Source of the DNA: Octopus vulgaris
Lineage: Eukaryota
DNA length: 64,000 bases
NCBI GenBank assembly: GCA_951406725.2
Contig: OX597831.1
Location: 39,246,001-39,310,000 of the forward strand
Direction: 5' to 3'
Part shown: one piece after another, positions 1 through 13,015 of the stretch
Position numbering within the stretch: the stretch's first letter is position 1
How the letters are laid out: each line of letters starts with the position of its first letter
Notes under the pieces: generated by a model
Databases searched by the model: none
Told to the model about the DNA's origin: nothing
The model's input: only the letters and a program-made list of their open reading frames with translations
Made by a program: the position numbers and the translations under genes

Positions 1-184
1 GATGGCCAAAGGAGTTCTTTTTTAGCTAATAGCATTAATATGGCTTCAAAATATTTCTATGCTCAATAAGTAAGACACTCGACGCTCAAGGGCGAAATTA
101 CAAACACAGCTTATGTGTGTGTTTGTGAGTGTGTGAGTGTGTGTATATATACATACGTTTATATGCATATATGTATACACATGT

Positions 185-219
<35 letters not shown>

Positions 220-720
220 TATATATATTATATATATGTATGTATACACATATATATATATATATACATACATATATATGTATGTATATTGTAGATATGG
301 TTGTGTATAATAACACTTATGACAACCGTAGATTTACAAATGCGCACAAGCATGCAAGCACATACATATTCATACACATAGACAAACACATTTAGACAAG
401 CATACTTAGATACACAGACACACCCACACACATAAAATACCTCTCTATGGATATCTAGAATGTCGTGTTTCTTAATGAAAAGACACATGTATGTCCATAT
501 ATGTATGTATGCATACATGTATACCATATATGCTTGTATGTGTGTGTATGTATATATATATATATAGGTGTGTGGGTTTGTATATATATGTTATATATAC
601 ACAATATGTGGTAAACATTCCATGTTTTCTAAATGTGTAGTTGTCGTCCAGCCGTCTATTCTCGATTCTTTAATGTGTATAGGCATAAATCACAGCACCG
701 ACTACCTCTTGGGTCTACGT

Positions 721-2320
721 GGGGTGGGTGTAAATTTTTAACCTTTAGCTAAAATAGGGATTTTTACTATGGAGAGAGTTTTCTTAGAGTTGATTATTTT
801 GGGTTTCACCCATAAGTTATGTTCCAACGTGTGTCTCTGTGTCTCTCTACTCTGTCTAAAAGATTGTTGTTTGTTGGAAGGGGTTCTCAGTCTTAGGGTT
901 GTTATTGTGGGAGCATTGTTGTGTAAGTGAATTGGTCGGAATTACCCAAATCCAATGATATTAAAGAAAGTATTGCAGAATTCTGTAGAAAACTTCGATT
1001 TACAGAAACACTAACCAGCTACAACAACGATGACGAATCACTAGTGAAAAACATAAGTAATTACCTACCACCCAAAAGGAAGGAATAATACACTAGATGA
1101 CTTCTTCAACCGTATCCAGAATTTTCCACACACTATCTATAAAGCAGAAATTACACCTAACTTCAACAACCTACAATAGAAGCACCTACTGCAGCTAAAC
1201 AACGAAAAATACCTGACAATCAAAGAAGCAGACAAAGGTAGTGCTGTAGTCCGGATGGATATAGAATACTATAAAAACCTAGCATTGTTTATATTAGAAA
1301 ATCACTCCTTTTATGAAAACGTTGCAAATTGTAGGCAACAAAAACATTAAATGATCTTTCATCTTTAATACTCAAACAAGGAAAAGGCGTCACAGAAAAA
1401 GAAAAAGAGTATATCACAAACTTTAAATGCAAACCAAGCCTTTTCTATGACCTCCCCAAAGTCCACAAGAGTCAAATAAATACTAATGCCTGCAAATAAA
1501 ATAAAGGTCTATACATAAATATCCCAACTCCAGAAGACTTAAAATTAAGGCCTATTATAGTGGGTCCAGCCAGTGAAAACACACCACCTAAGCATCTTTT
1601 TGGACATACTATTGAAGCTTTTCCTCAGATACATTAAAAGTTTCATTAGAGACGATCTGGACATGCTAGGGCATCTACCAAAATCCACCAACGAAGAAGC
1701 TGTATTTGTCTCTTTCGATGTCATCAACCTCTACACTAACATTCCACATGACTACGGAAAAAAGGCAATAAAATTCTAGTTAGAAAAATACCCCGAAGTT
1801 CTCCCGGACCGCATAAACCAGACTTTTGTCATTGAATCCCTGAAGTTCATTCTACAAAACAATTACTTCCTATTTGATGCAACATACTACCGCCAAAAAT
1901 GCGGTATTTCGATGGGAATGAAAGCAGCGCCTGTCCTTGCGAACCTAATAATGGGTTTCTTCGAATCTACCCTATATGAACTTTCGCTCCAAAAATTTAG
2001 ACCCCCATCCCACCACTATATAAGAGAAAACTGGAAAAGGTGCCTAGATCATTGTTTTATCATCTGAAATGAAACCTATGATAAACCCCTGGATTTCAAA
2101 TACGCACTGAACAATATAAACTCCAATATTCAATTTACAATGGAATATAGCAATGAACAGCTCCCATTTCTGGTCCGTTCAATTCCATCTGGTACATGCC
2201 CATACCTCCGAATTTACATTCCAGCAAGGAGAAAATTCTCAAGACCAACGTCACATGTGCTTCCCAGAATCTTATCTATGTCCTAACCTGCTCAGGTTGT
2301 GGCCACAATTATGCAGGTGT
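721..2320 (+). mobile_element. Decayed Penelope-like element (PLE): RT plus start of GIY-YIG endonuclease, with stops, frameshifts, an internal deletion and an inverted 5' block
   Basis: Manual translation gives PLE motifs: DIKESIAEFCRKLR (~955), IKEADKGSAVV (~1220), LPKVHKS, RPII, FVSFDVINLYTNIPH (ORF 1573-1779), YYRQKCGISMG..AAPVLANLIMG, KRCLDHCFII* (decayed YxDD), IQFTMEYSNEQLPFL, then a jump to NVTCASQNLIYVLTCSGCGHNYAG (GIY-YIG with CxxC). Block 721-940 encodes KIINSKKTLSIVKIPILAKG*KFTPTP on the minus strand. Confidence 0.93.
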
Positions 2321-2344
2321 CTTATGTATGTATATATATACATA

Positions 2345-2575
2345 CATATGTATGTATTTGTGTGTCTGTGTTTGTTCCCCACCATCGCTTGACCACCGAT
2401 TTTGGAGCCTTTATGTCCCTTGTTACTTAACGGTTCGGCAAAAGGGAGCAATAGAATAAGTACTAGGCTTACAAAGAATATGTCGTGGTGTCGATTTTTT
2501 CGACTAAGTGTGGTGCTCCAACATGGCTGCAGTCAAATGACTGAAACAAGTAAAAGAATAAAAGAATAAAGGAAT
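2345..2575 (+). mobile_element. SINE family A, 3' half
   Basis: Matches the body of full copies (cggttcggcaaaag..gatagaataagtactaggcttacaaagaata..gcagtcaaatgactgaaacaagtaaaagaata). Confidence 0.85.
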
Positions 2576-2984
2576 ATATATATATGTATTATGTCCAGCG
2601 GGACCAGTAGCCACTGAAGTTGGTCAACATATGAAGTGTGCTCAAACTGAATTCAAGAATTTGGTATATCATTATTCCCAGCAACTAAAATAATTATGGC
2701 TCTTACTCGGCTTCCTTAACTCTTTATAGCGCAACAAAAGAACTGACTTCTATCTCAAACCAAATCGACTTATCTATAGAGAAGTGGCCATCCGCAGAAA
2801 CGACAAAACAGAAGCTCATTTTATTGTCAAAGACACCTCCTGGCCAAACTTCGAACTCACTGACAAGAAAATTATTAACAATATTTGTCACTAGACTTTT
2901 GATAAATCATTTCTTTTCGCAATATTCATAGCTGTATACATATGAAGGTACAATGATGTGTGAATGAATATATACATTTGTGTG

Positions 2985-3075
2985 TATGTATGTGTCTGTG
3001 TATGTATGTGTCTGTGTATGTATGTGTCTGTGTATGTATGTGTCTGTGTATGTATGTGTCTGTGTATGTATGTGT
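2985..3075. repeat. 16-bp minisatellite (tgtatgtatgtgtctg)n
   Basis: About 5 direct tandem copies visible. Confidence 0.85.
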
Positions 3076-3570
3076 GTGCAGCTATGTATGAATAAAATAT
3101 GGACGCACATATATCAATAATACATACAAACCACAAACATACACATTCACACACACACATGCACACACACACACGGATACACATGCTCACACATATACAT
3201 ACACCTAAACAAACACATATACGTTAATATATTATCCTAATCTTGCTAAATATATTTTCAAAATTGGTGAAAATCTATATAACACGGGAAAAAAAATACG
3301 ACGGAAAATATAACGAATCAAAATGAATGCCTAAGTTAGTCTATAATTTATATATTATATTTTATAGGAAATCGTTGTAATATATTTTCTTTCAGTTCCA
3401 CCATTTCGATATTATGGCAAAATATAATAACATATTTTATTTGCTTCCCAGATTATTTACTTTTTGTCCTAAACATCGCACATATATTTGCCTGTTATAT
3501 ATTATATATTTGTATGTCTGTAGGTATATGTACCTACATAAGAATGTGTGTGTATGTATGTATATATATG

Positions 3571-3651
<81 letters not shown>

Positions 3652-3746
3652 TTAGTACCATTACTGTATATTTCGATTCCTTTTCTTTGCATCTTTGCTT
3701 CTTACCATTTTTCCATGCCGATCACAAAGTTTGCTTCAATATACTT

Positions 3747-3782
<36 letters not shown>

Positions 3783-3797
3783 TAGATATATATATAT

Positions 3798-4203
3798 CAG
3801 GTGTGACAGTGTGGTAAACAGCTTGCTTACCAACGACATGGTTCCGGGTTCAGTCCCACTGCGTGGCATCTTGGGCAAGTGTGTTCTACTATAGCCTCGG
3901 GCCGACCAAAGCCTTGTGAGTGGATTTGGTAAGACGGAAACTGAAAGAAGCCTGTCGTATATATGTGTGTGTGTGTGTGTGTATGTATGTTTGTGCGTGT
4001 GTGTTTGTCCCCCTAGCAGTGCTTGGCAACCGATGCTGGTGTGTTTATGTCACCGTCACTTAGCGGTTCAGCCAAAGAGACCGATAGAATAAGTACTAGG
4101 CTTACAAAGAATAAGTCCCGGGGTCGATTTGCTTGCCAAAAGGCGGTGCTCCAGCATGACCGCAGTCAAATGACTGGAACAAGTAAAATAGTAAGAGTAA
4201 AAG
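3798..4203 (+). mobile_element. tRNA-derived SINE family A, full length
   Basis: tRNA-like head with A-box (gtgtggtaa) and B-box-like (gggttcagtccc), internal (TA/TG)n tract, conserved 3' body and short-repeat tail (gtaaaagag). Confidence 0.9.
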
Positions 4204-4219
4204 CTATATATATATATAT

Positions 4220-4323
4220 ATATAAGAGAGTAAACACTATGTGGTCGACTCTAGCACTAAAAATATCCTAGCGGATCTATTTTTAGTGCTAGAGTCGACC
4301 ACATAGTGGTTACTCTCTTATAT
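4220..4323. repeat. Near-perfect inverted repeat (about 45-bp arms, 12-nt spacer)
   Basis: ataagagagtaaacactatgtggtcgactctagcactaaaaata ... tatttttagtgctagagtcgaccacatagtggttactctcttat, one mismatch. Confidence 0.95.
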
Positions 4324-4459
4324 TTACGTATAAAATTTATTGTATTCCTGGTTTTTATGCACTAAGCCACTTGGTGTTAAATGGATGTACTATTAAATTA
4401 GTATCCAATTTTCTCACCCTTATTAGTTGATTATATATATATATATATGAAGTTTTTTA

Positions 4460-4815
4460 TGGTGTGAAATTTGTTTCCCAACCTCCTACAACCTGGTTCA
4501 GTCCCACAAAATGCCACCTTGAGTAAGTATTTTGTACTATAGTCTATGTGCCGACCAAAGCCTAGTGAGTGGATTTGGCAGACGGAAACTGAAAGAAACC
4601 CATCGCATATATTCTTTTATTTGTTTCGGTCATTTAACTGCAGCCAGGCTGGAACACTTCCTTTACTCGAACAACTTGACCCCACTGGACTTATTCTTTG
4701 TATGCATAGTATTTATTCTATCGGCCTCTTTTGCCGAACCTCTAAGTTACGGGGACATAAACACACCAGCATCGATTGTGAAGCGATGGTGGGGGGAACA
4801 AACAAATATACACAA

Positions 4816-4873
<58 letters not shown>

Positions 4874-5310
4874 GATGGGATTTCTTTCAGTTTCCCTTTA
4901 CCAAATCCACTTACAAGGTTTCGGTCGGGCCGAGACTATAGTAGAAGACACTCTGTAGGACTGAACCCGAAACCATGTGGTTATAAAGTAAGCTTCTTAC
5001 CACACAGCAACTCCTGCGCCTCTGTATATACACACATATATATAATCGTGTCTGTATGTGCGTGTATCTGTATGTGGTAAAACTTGGTGGGTTATCTTTT
5101 GTCCTATACACTTTTTCAGTCATTTGACTGCGGCCATGTTGGAGCCCCGCCTTGAAGGGCTATAGTCGAACAAATAAAGCACAGGACTCACCTCCTTTTT
5201 AAGCCCGGTACTTATTCTATCGGACTCGTTTAGCCGAACCGCTAAGTTACGTGGACGCAAACACATCAACACCGGTTATCAAGCAATGATGGTGGGGACA
5301 AACACAGGCA
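4460..5310. mobile_element. Cluster of three SINE A copies (4460-4605 + 5' half; 4610-5022 - full; 5110-5310 - 3' half)
   Basis: Recognisable similarity to the 3798-4203 copy in both orientations. Confidence 0.85.
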
Positions 5311-5588
5311 CAAACACACACACACACGCACATGTATATATGTATATATGTATATATGTATATATGTATATATGTATATATATATAGTTGCACACACGTG
5401 ACCATCGTCCATTTTTCTTTTTCTTCAGGACTGTCCTAAAGACTGGACGTATTCTATCTCATTCTTCCATCTTTTCTCTTTTCAAAGAAAATGTATCTCC
5501 AGCGCTCGCTATTTCACCTTCGTTCTGGTCTAACGGCCCTCCATGTTTGGTTTCGTTCGGTTTCCTTGTATGTCTCCACTGTCCTGTT

Positions 5589-5663
<75 letters not shown>

Positions 5664-6109
5664 AGACAGCGGAATAGCAGAGCCGTTAGCGGATTGGCTT
5701 GAATGCCGTATCATATTTCTTCCAACACACTGTGCTTCGAGTTCAAATTCCATTGTGACGGAATTTATCTATGAAGTTCTCAGGGTGATTGAAAAATCAT
5801 ATTACCTGAAGGTTATAGAGTGGCGGAATTGTGATACCCTTTAGACAGGATGCCTGACAACGTGAATTCCGAGTTCAAATCCCGTCCCGTTACCGGAACC
5901 CCTACCTAAAAGCCACTGCAATTGCTCTCAGGAGTTTTGACCGACATACGACATCGGTAATTTGAAGAAGGTAAATGTATTGATATCTAGTTTTTCTTGG
6001 CTCAATTGAGAAAATGACGGCCGGCGTCTATGTAAGCACACATATAAACAAAATTGCAATCAACTGCTTATGCAAAAATATTCCAAACAGGCAAATTCAT
6101 CTAATGATT

Positions 6110-6552
6110 TAGGCGTGGCTGTGTGGTAAGAAACTTGCTTTCTAACCACATGGTTCGGGGTTCAGCCCTCCAGCGTGACACCTTGAATAATTGTCTTCTA
6201 CTTCGGGCCGACCGAAGCCTTGTGAGTGGATTTGGTAGAAGGAAACTGCGAAGAAGTCCGTCGTATATATGTACATAGATATGTATATGTGTTTGTCTTT
6301 GAGTCTTTGTGTTATTGTCTTTGTGTTATTCCGCACAATCAACCGCTTTTCATCCGGTACTAGTGTGTTTACGTACTCGTAACTTCAGAGGTTCGGCAAA
6401 TGATACCATTAGAATAAGTATAATTTTAAAATATGACCCCAGGACTCATTTAAAAATTTGACTACTGGGATCGATACATTCGACTAAAAATTTTTCAATG
6501 TGGTGTCCCAGTACGGCTGCAGTCTAATGACTGAAACAAGTAAAAGATAAAA
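6110..6552 (+). mobile_element. SINE family A, full length, diverged
   Basis: ggcgtggctgtgtggtaagaaacttgct head through atgactgaaacaagtaaaagataaaag tail. Confidence 0.88.
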
Positions 6553-6589
6553 GACATGGAAAGTCATCAGATACACTCACATGCACCCC

Positions 6590-6630
<41 letters not shown>

Positions 6631-6634
<4 letters not shown>

Positions 6635-7897
6635 GTAGCCCCATATATAATGCGGATTTTCAATTGCATGAAGTAAAAGTCGGAGGAGGACGGGATAAAC
6701 TACCTGTATCAACTTGCTATAAAAACATGGTAGTAATTTTACCTTGTCCTTATTCTTAGTGCAAATTTTGAAGTGTACAGTTCGATTTTAACAGTCATCT
6801 TTTCGGAGCTATAATGAAAGTGACAAAACAGCATATTCGGTATATTTGGCTTTTATGAGTTCAACAAAAGAAACAACGCAACAGAAAGTGCGAGGAATAT
6901 TAATGCAGTATATGGGGATCGGACAATAACCGTAAGTCAGTGTCAATGAGAGTTCCAGAAATTCTGAGCCGGAAACTACAGTCTGGAAGACGAACCTCAT
7001 CCTGGAAGATCTTTGGAACTCGACGAGAATAATCTGCAAACTCTGGTGTGACAAAATTCCCTCGTAACCTTTGAGGAAGCTTGGATTTGGACATTGAACT
7101 ATTTATCGACACCTGCATGCTCTCGGAAAAATCAGCAAATTGTGTCAATGGGTTCCTCACAAACTTTCTGGGCTTAATCACTCGCAGAGAGTGAATGTGT
7201 GCACTTCTTTGCTGTCATGTCTCACGAATGAACCTTTCTGGACCGAATAGTGATTAGTGACGAGAAACGGGTTCTCTATAAAAATGTCAAGTGCCGAAGA
7301 CAGTGGGTAGGGAAAAGTGAAACACCAGTACCTCAGGCTAAAGAAGGTCTTCATCCACGCAAGGTGTTGTTATCTGTTTGATGTGATATGAGAGGTTTAG
7401 TCCACTTTGAACTTTAAACCCAAACCAAACGCTAACAGAGATCTACTGCGAGCAACTTGAGCGGCTTAAGTCAGCGCTAGAAGAAAAACGACCATCTTTT
7501 GTTTCAAGACGAAAGGTGTTCTTCCGAGTATAAATTCTCGGCCACATACAGCGAAGATGACATTTCAAAGACTGGAGCAGTTTGAAGGAGAAACGATGCC
7601 CCATCCACCATATTCGCCGGACATTGCCCCATCCAGTTATCGTTTATTCCGCATTTTTCAAAATCATTTGGACCGAAAATATATGAATTCTGTAAACGAG
7701 GTCAGAACAGTATGGGAGGAGTATATTCCGTCATAGGCAAGTGAATTTCAGAAGAGGAGCCTTGCAAGTCTACCAGATAGATGGAAGAGCATTGTAGAAA
7801 ATGAAGGAGAGTATATTTTAGATTAAAAAAGAAGTTTGTTTATATTAATTTTGAAAAATAAACGAAGTATTAAAAAAACCGCATTATTTATGGGATA
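6631..7897 (+). mobile_element. Mariner transposon, near full length, decayed; right TIR tip damaged next to a Helitron
   Basis: Left end TA|ttgggtagccccatatataatgcggatttt; right end aaaaaccgcattatttatgggata is its imperfect reverse complement; about 1.27 kb. Confidence 0.92.
6814..7826 (+). pseudogene. Mariner transposase pseudogene
   Basis: MKVTKQHIRYIW..EFNK..NATESARNINAVYGD start, WVPHKL (~7149), HPPYSPDIAP (~7602), IVENEGEYILD* end; several frameshifts and stops. Confidence 0.92.
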
Positions 7898-7903
7898 CAT
7901 ATA

Positions 7904-8416
7904 TCTATATATATAAAACTGTAGTTGTGTGAGTGTCTGTCCCCTTCGATTTAGATTCCTAATTACTCCCACATTTTGCGGTGCAGTTTAACCAAATTCG
8001 GGTATCTTATAGTCGTGATTCATATCGAGCCCGTCTGAGTATTAGCGCGCGTCTACGATGAGTCTACGATTTTAAAAATAATTTAACATCATTTTTTATT
8101 CCATTTTAATGCATAATTTTTCGTGTGTCGATGGCGGCGGAGTTGGCGTCCATGGTCACACCTGCACCTGTTTGCTTCTCCCCCTTCTTCCCTCCCTCGT
8201 GAAGCTGTGGGGAAGGGAGTGTAAGGAAATCAACGTCGTAAAGCGTTGTCAAGGAGACCAGCGTTCTTTTAGAACAACGACTTCATGGCTTGAAGACACC
8301 AAAACAGAAATGGCTAAGAAAGCCCGAATTGGCATCAATAAGGGAAGTAACTCTCTAAAAATGCTTATATAGTTATTTCCCTTACAAACCCGAGCAACGC
8401 CGGGCGATACTGCTAG
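7904..8416 (+). mobile_element. Non-autonomous Helitron
   Basis: A|TCTATATATATAAAACTG 5' end; 3' GC hairpin cccgagcaacgccggg then CTAG|T; A/T insertion site, no TSD. Confidence 0.9.
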
Positions 8417-8804
8417 TTTTATTTACGTGAAACCCAGTGAAATGATTTGTATAAAGAATGAAGAAACGTAATTGAAAACATTACTTTTTAAAAACACACC
8501 GACGCTCTTTCTCTCAAACGTATGCAGGCATGGACACATGCAAGTCATGCAGACGTTCACACGCATATACACGCCTATATTTTATTAAGCGATTAACTTA
8601 CTGAGTTAATCTTGTTTCAACTATATTTTGTGATAAGATTCTCTTGAAATCGAAACTGGATTTAGAATGTATTTTTAATCCAATAATCAAATAAAGAATA
8701 CAGCACACTTTACTTGCCCATATAGTATATTCTTGGCATCTGGAAACGTTCGATTCTTCCTCTGAAAACAGGACACTGTTATCTATGTGTCTATCAGTTT
8801 CTAT

Positions 8805-9075
8805 CTTCTACTTGTTTCGGTCATAACACTGCGGCCATGCTGGAGCATTTTCTGGAAGGATTACAGTCGAGCGAATCAAAGCCATTACTTATTTCTTTTT
8901 AGACCCTGGTACTTATTATTTCACTCTCAATTGCCGAAGCGTTAGATTACGGTGGCTGTGTGGTGAGAAGTTTGCTTACAAATTACATGGTTTCTGGTTC
9001 GGTCCCACTGTGCGGAACCTTCGGCATAAGTCATCTACTATAGCTTCGGCTTGATCCTGTATGAGGATTTGGTAA
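8805..9075. mobile_element. Two divergently fused SINE A fragments (- 3' half, + 5' half)
   Basis: tacttgtttcggtcat..ctgcggccatgctggagc (minus) joined at about 8950 to gtggctgtgtggtgagaagtttgctt (plus). Confidence 0.75.
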
Positions 9076-9108
<33 letters not shown>

Positions 9109-9310
9109 GCATATATGGGTACAGGACGTCACCAATAGTAAACAACATGAAATATGAGAAAACACATGAGTTCAATGCGCAAACAACGAGAGAAACAAAT
9201 GAACTTGGTGACCTTCTGATTGTTTCCGTATGTTTGTGCAGCTATTTTCTTTTTACATTATTAATTAATGGAACTCTACCTACCCTTGACTTTATTTACA
9301 GTGAGCAGTT

Positions 9311-9351
<41 letters not shown>

Positions 9352-9486
9352 CATATTTATATATTTTTTATTTATATTTATACATTCATTCTCCTATTTC
9401 CTTATATACTCCTTATTTCCTTCCTTTTCCAAAATATCTCCTTATATTGAATCCTGATACTACCCTCTATTTAAACATCTCACATC

Positions 9487-9534
9487 GTCTCTGATGAAGG
9501 GATATCCTTAATATCTCAGACACAGCTGTAAGAC
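9487..9534 (+). ncRNA. Minimal hammerhead ribozyme motif, mutated (GACA for GAAA), in a PLE terminal-repeat-like fragment
   Basis: Helix I gtct/agac; CUGAUGA; helix II gggatat/atatctc; palindromic helix III ACAGCTGT; cleavage triplet GUA. Confidence 0.75.
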
Positions 9535-11627
9535 TAACTTTCTCTTTATAAATGTCCTGAAAATTCCACACAACCTTGGCTTTGTTGTCTAATTATATCT
9601 AACATGTATATACATGTATGTATGTATGTATGTATGTATGTATGTATGTATGTATGTATGTATGTATGTATGTATGTATGTATGTATGTATGTATGTATG
9701 TATGTATGTATGTATGTATGGTCATCTAAGAAAAATGCACGCGTTTCTTTGTTAACGCAGTGGGTATACTAGTATTTATATTATATAGTAGTATCATCAC
9801 AGATCCATTGCAGGCTATGTAACCAATCAGTTTCGCTCACGAGTTAGGCGATAACCTAGGACGGCGCACGTCAGAAGGGCCGGTGTAAAAAGGGTTGGTT
9901 TGATAACCTAAGACGGCTCGCTGATACTGGATGTCAGCAAGTATCACATCACATCTGATTTGTATCTTCTGTAAAAACAGCTTTTGCAAGACGTTCAGAA
10001 GGGAATTCATCAAGGGTTATACTCCGAGTGGCTCTAGAAGCATACTAGGTGATGTTTGACCAAGGTATCAGACAATAGGATTGAACTAGAGGCTGCGTGG
10101 TTGTGAAGCGAACTGTTTAACTACAAAGATATTCCTATGTCTGTTTAATATATATAATAATTGAAGAAATCGAATAAATACATTTTAAAGATCAACGTCG
10201 TTATCAATAATTCAATTTTTGGTTTTATACCTATGAAATATTTTCTTTTAAACATTATCCATAAATTTAACGGCTTACTTGTAGGACTTTATGAAACCAA
10301 CAGTTTCCTGTTAAATCAAAATAATGGAGAAAGACCTGAAAATTACTGAGGTTTTTCTGCACAAAAAAATAATAATATTAGGAGTAAATTTTAAGTATTT
10401 AATCGAAAACTTTAAGGCTGAAATATAACAAATTCTACAACTTTTGATTTATAACCTTAAAAATATTTTATCTGGTGAATTTACTCCTAAATTGAACATC
10501 ATTCTTGCAGGAAATGATCAAAACGAAAGCTTCTCCCATATTAAAAGATAATAAACGGAAAACGAATTTAAAGTTTGTGAAGTTATTTTTCCCAATAACA
10601 ATAAAAAACATAATAATTCAATAGATTTTTGAATAAATAAACTATCACTGGCAGTAGCAGGCACCAAAATTCTTACCAATGCTTTGCTACTTTTAATTTA
10701 TATCTGTAAAATATTTTCTTTCTGGAAGTGGAACTTCTAAATTAAACATTCTTCTCTTTTCTCCCTCATGTCATGTTTGACAGTTTATCTCCCTTTTAGA
10801 TAAATAAATAAATAAATATTTAGTGCAATAGTAATTAGGTTTTGCTATGAGATAGCATGCAACGTTGGTAGGGCATTCTCATGCATTTTGAGTAATTTTT
10901 TTTTTCTTTTACGTTGCTGTCAAAGTCAATTTATTTGGTTGATGAGAAGAAAGTGCAAATCAATGGCAAATTTGTATAGGAAGGCAATTCTCTTGTCTCT
11001 TATGAACTTGACCACTTATATAACCAGTAGTAGCTTCATCAACACCAGCTATGCTAAATCAATATTGGCAGCAACTAAACATGGAGCCATGAAATTCAAA
11101 CTGCAGTATCCTATTGCTGCAAGATTTCTATCTATTCATTTCATGTTTCCATTTATTTTCCCATGCTGGCAGGAGCTGGAAGGTTCGGTTTAAGAATTTA
11201 GACATTTATATGTATTCTTGGGAAGAGAGAGAGAGAAATAGAGACAAACAGACAGACAGACAGACAGAGATTGAGTTTCTCATTTTGTTTTTTCGTTTTA
11301 ATTTTAATATTTTTTTATATTTATTATCTATTCTCTGTGAGTGTGTGTGAGTCCTTGAATATTGAATTATTATTCAAATTGACAGTATATAATAAACTGG
11401 TTCGCCATAGTCGATAGAGTTACATATATAAAAAATAATATAAATAATATATTAGGGAAACTACTCTAGTAGATATTAGACTGGAAGCTTCCATAGTTTA
11501 AGTAGAATTTGATAATCCACAAAATACCAAGTAAAACTAAAGTGGATCTCTATCATTATCACTACTACTACTACTACTATAGGTAGAGTTGGTGGGGTAA
11601 TAATAGTAGTAGCAGCAGCAGCAACAT

Positions 11628-11686
<59 letters not shown>

Positions 11687-11749
11687 ACAGCAGCAGCAAC
11701 AGTAGTAGTAGTAGTAGTAGTAGTAGTAGCGGTGGTGGTTGTGGTGGTT

Positions 11750-11792
<43 letters not shown>

Positions 11793-11796
11793 CAGT

Positions 11797-11832
<36 letters not shown>

Positions 11833-12289
11833 CGTCGTCGTCGTCGTCGTAGTAGTAGTTTCATGTATGGTGAAATCCCTCTTGCCGATCGCGGATTATT
11901 CTTGTCACACACAAAAGGAATATTTAATTACAAAAATAACCTAATACAACTTGACAACAGGCTTGAATAAATAAAGGCCGTTGAATCACTAATATTTCCA
12001 CTATACTTACATAAAGCGTTTTCTTTTACGTACTTACTCAATCTTCTAGGAAATGCAGTCAAATTTCCCTCGTATTACATTAAAACAGAAGAGGTTTTAT
12101 TACCGTCACTCGCAAGAGAGCTTGAGTTGGTAGCATGAGCCATACTTTATTTTCACTCATTGTCTTAGGTGTCTATGCGGTCGAGAGTAGACGTTGGCAC
12201 ACTCTGGCCTCAGCAAAACCTTGAGGATTTGACAGTTAGAAGCAGAGTGAGGGTAGCAGCAGTACTAGATCGGTCATCGTTGTTAAGTG

Positions 12290-12418
12290 AGTGGTTTGAG
12301 GCATCGTGAAATAAAATGCTTTTCTTAAAGAAAACAATTCACTGACTGGGCTAGGAATCGAAACTACGATCTTAAGATCATGAGCTACCAACGCCCTAAC
12401 CACTAAACCGTGCGCCTC
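12290..12418 (-). mobile_element. tRNA-headed SINE fragment (family C, like 37484)
   Basis: Reverse complement reads gaggcgcacggtttagtggttagggcgttgg..catgatcttaagatcgtagtttcgattcc. Confidence 0.7.
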
Positions 12419-12664
12419 GTATGAGATAATGCGGTTCCGATGACAAAGAGGAGTGTAGTTAGCGCTGGACGCTGTCTAACCAGGGCTTGTGTTTAACAAC
12501 AACGAAAACAGCTTCAACAGCAATATAAAAGACAAGATTTAATTATAAGGGCATCAGAAATCAGCCCCAAACGCCCTAACCACTAAGCCGCGCGCCTAAT
12601 ATGAGATGATTTAGTGCCAATTGTGCTTCACCTACTAAAATAGACAGTATAGCTAGTTACTGTC

Positions 12665-12830
12665 AAAAACACCAGGACTTACAAACACATATAACATACA
12701 GAAAATTGCACTACTAGGCACTGCACACATCCGACGCAGAACACTTTCCATACAATAACCATCAGAGTATCACAAAAAATCACAGCACATACCTAAGGCA
12801 CACAGAGTCTAATAATAATAATAATAATAA
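12665..12830 (+). mobile_element. 3' end of an R4/Dong-like non-LTR retrotransposon with (TAA)n tail
   Basis: KTPGLTNTYNIQKIALLGTAHIRRRTLSIQ* is the typical C-terminus of this clade; short 3' UTR then TAA repeats. Confidence 0.78.
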
Positions 12831-12839
12831 CAACAACAA

Positions 12840-13015
12840 CATTGGAAAAATACCTTAGGAATGAGAACCCAGGCTCGAAATTCCCCGAGGACACGTGATA
12901 AAGGCTGGAGAGTACATCATCTGAAACGTTGTGTTAACAACGAACAAGATGAGGATAAATATCCGTCGAATGTAAATAATGTACATAATTCCTCATCTCT
13001 CAAATATAGAACTGA
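12840..13015 (+). mobile_element. PLE terminal-repeat-like element with degenerate minimal HHR (12890-12935); second copy at 31585-31690
   Basis: gacac-GTGATAA-aggctg..-GAAACGTT-gtgtt; the 31601 copy keeps CTGATGA but has lost GAAAC; both share gatgaggayaaatatccgtc..atgtaaataatgtacata. Confidence 0.7.

Noticed and set aside
2064-2070. In-frame TGA in the PLE RT as possible selenocysteine (as in some Naiad PLEs)
   Set aside because: It falls at a conserved Trp position (FIIW) in a copy with other stops and frameshifts, so TGG>TGA decay is simpler; no SECIS seen.
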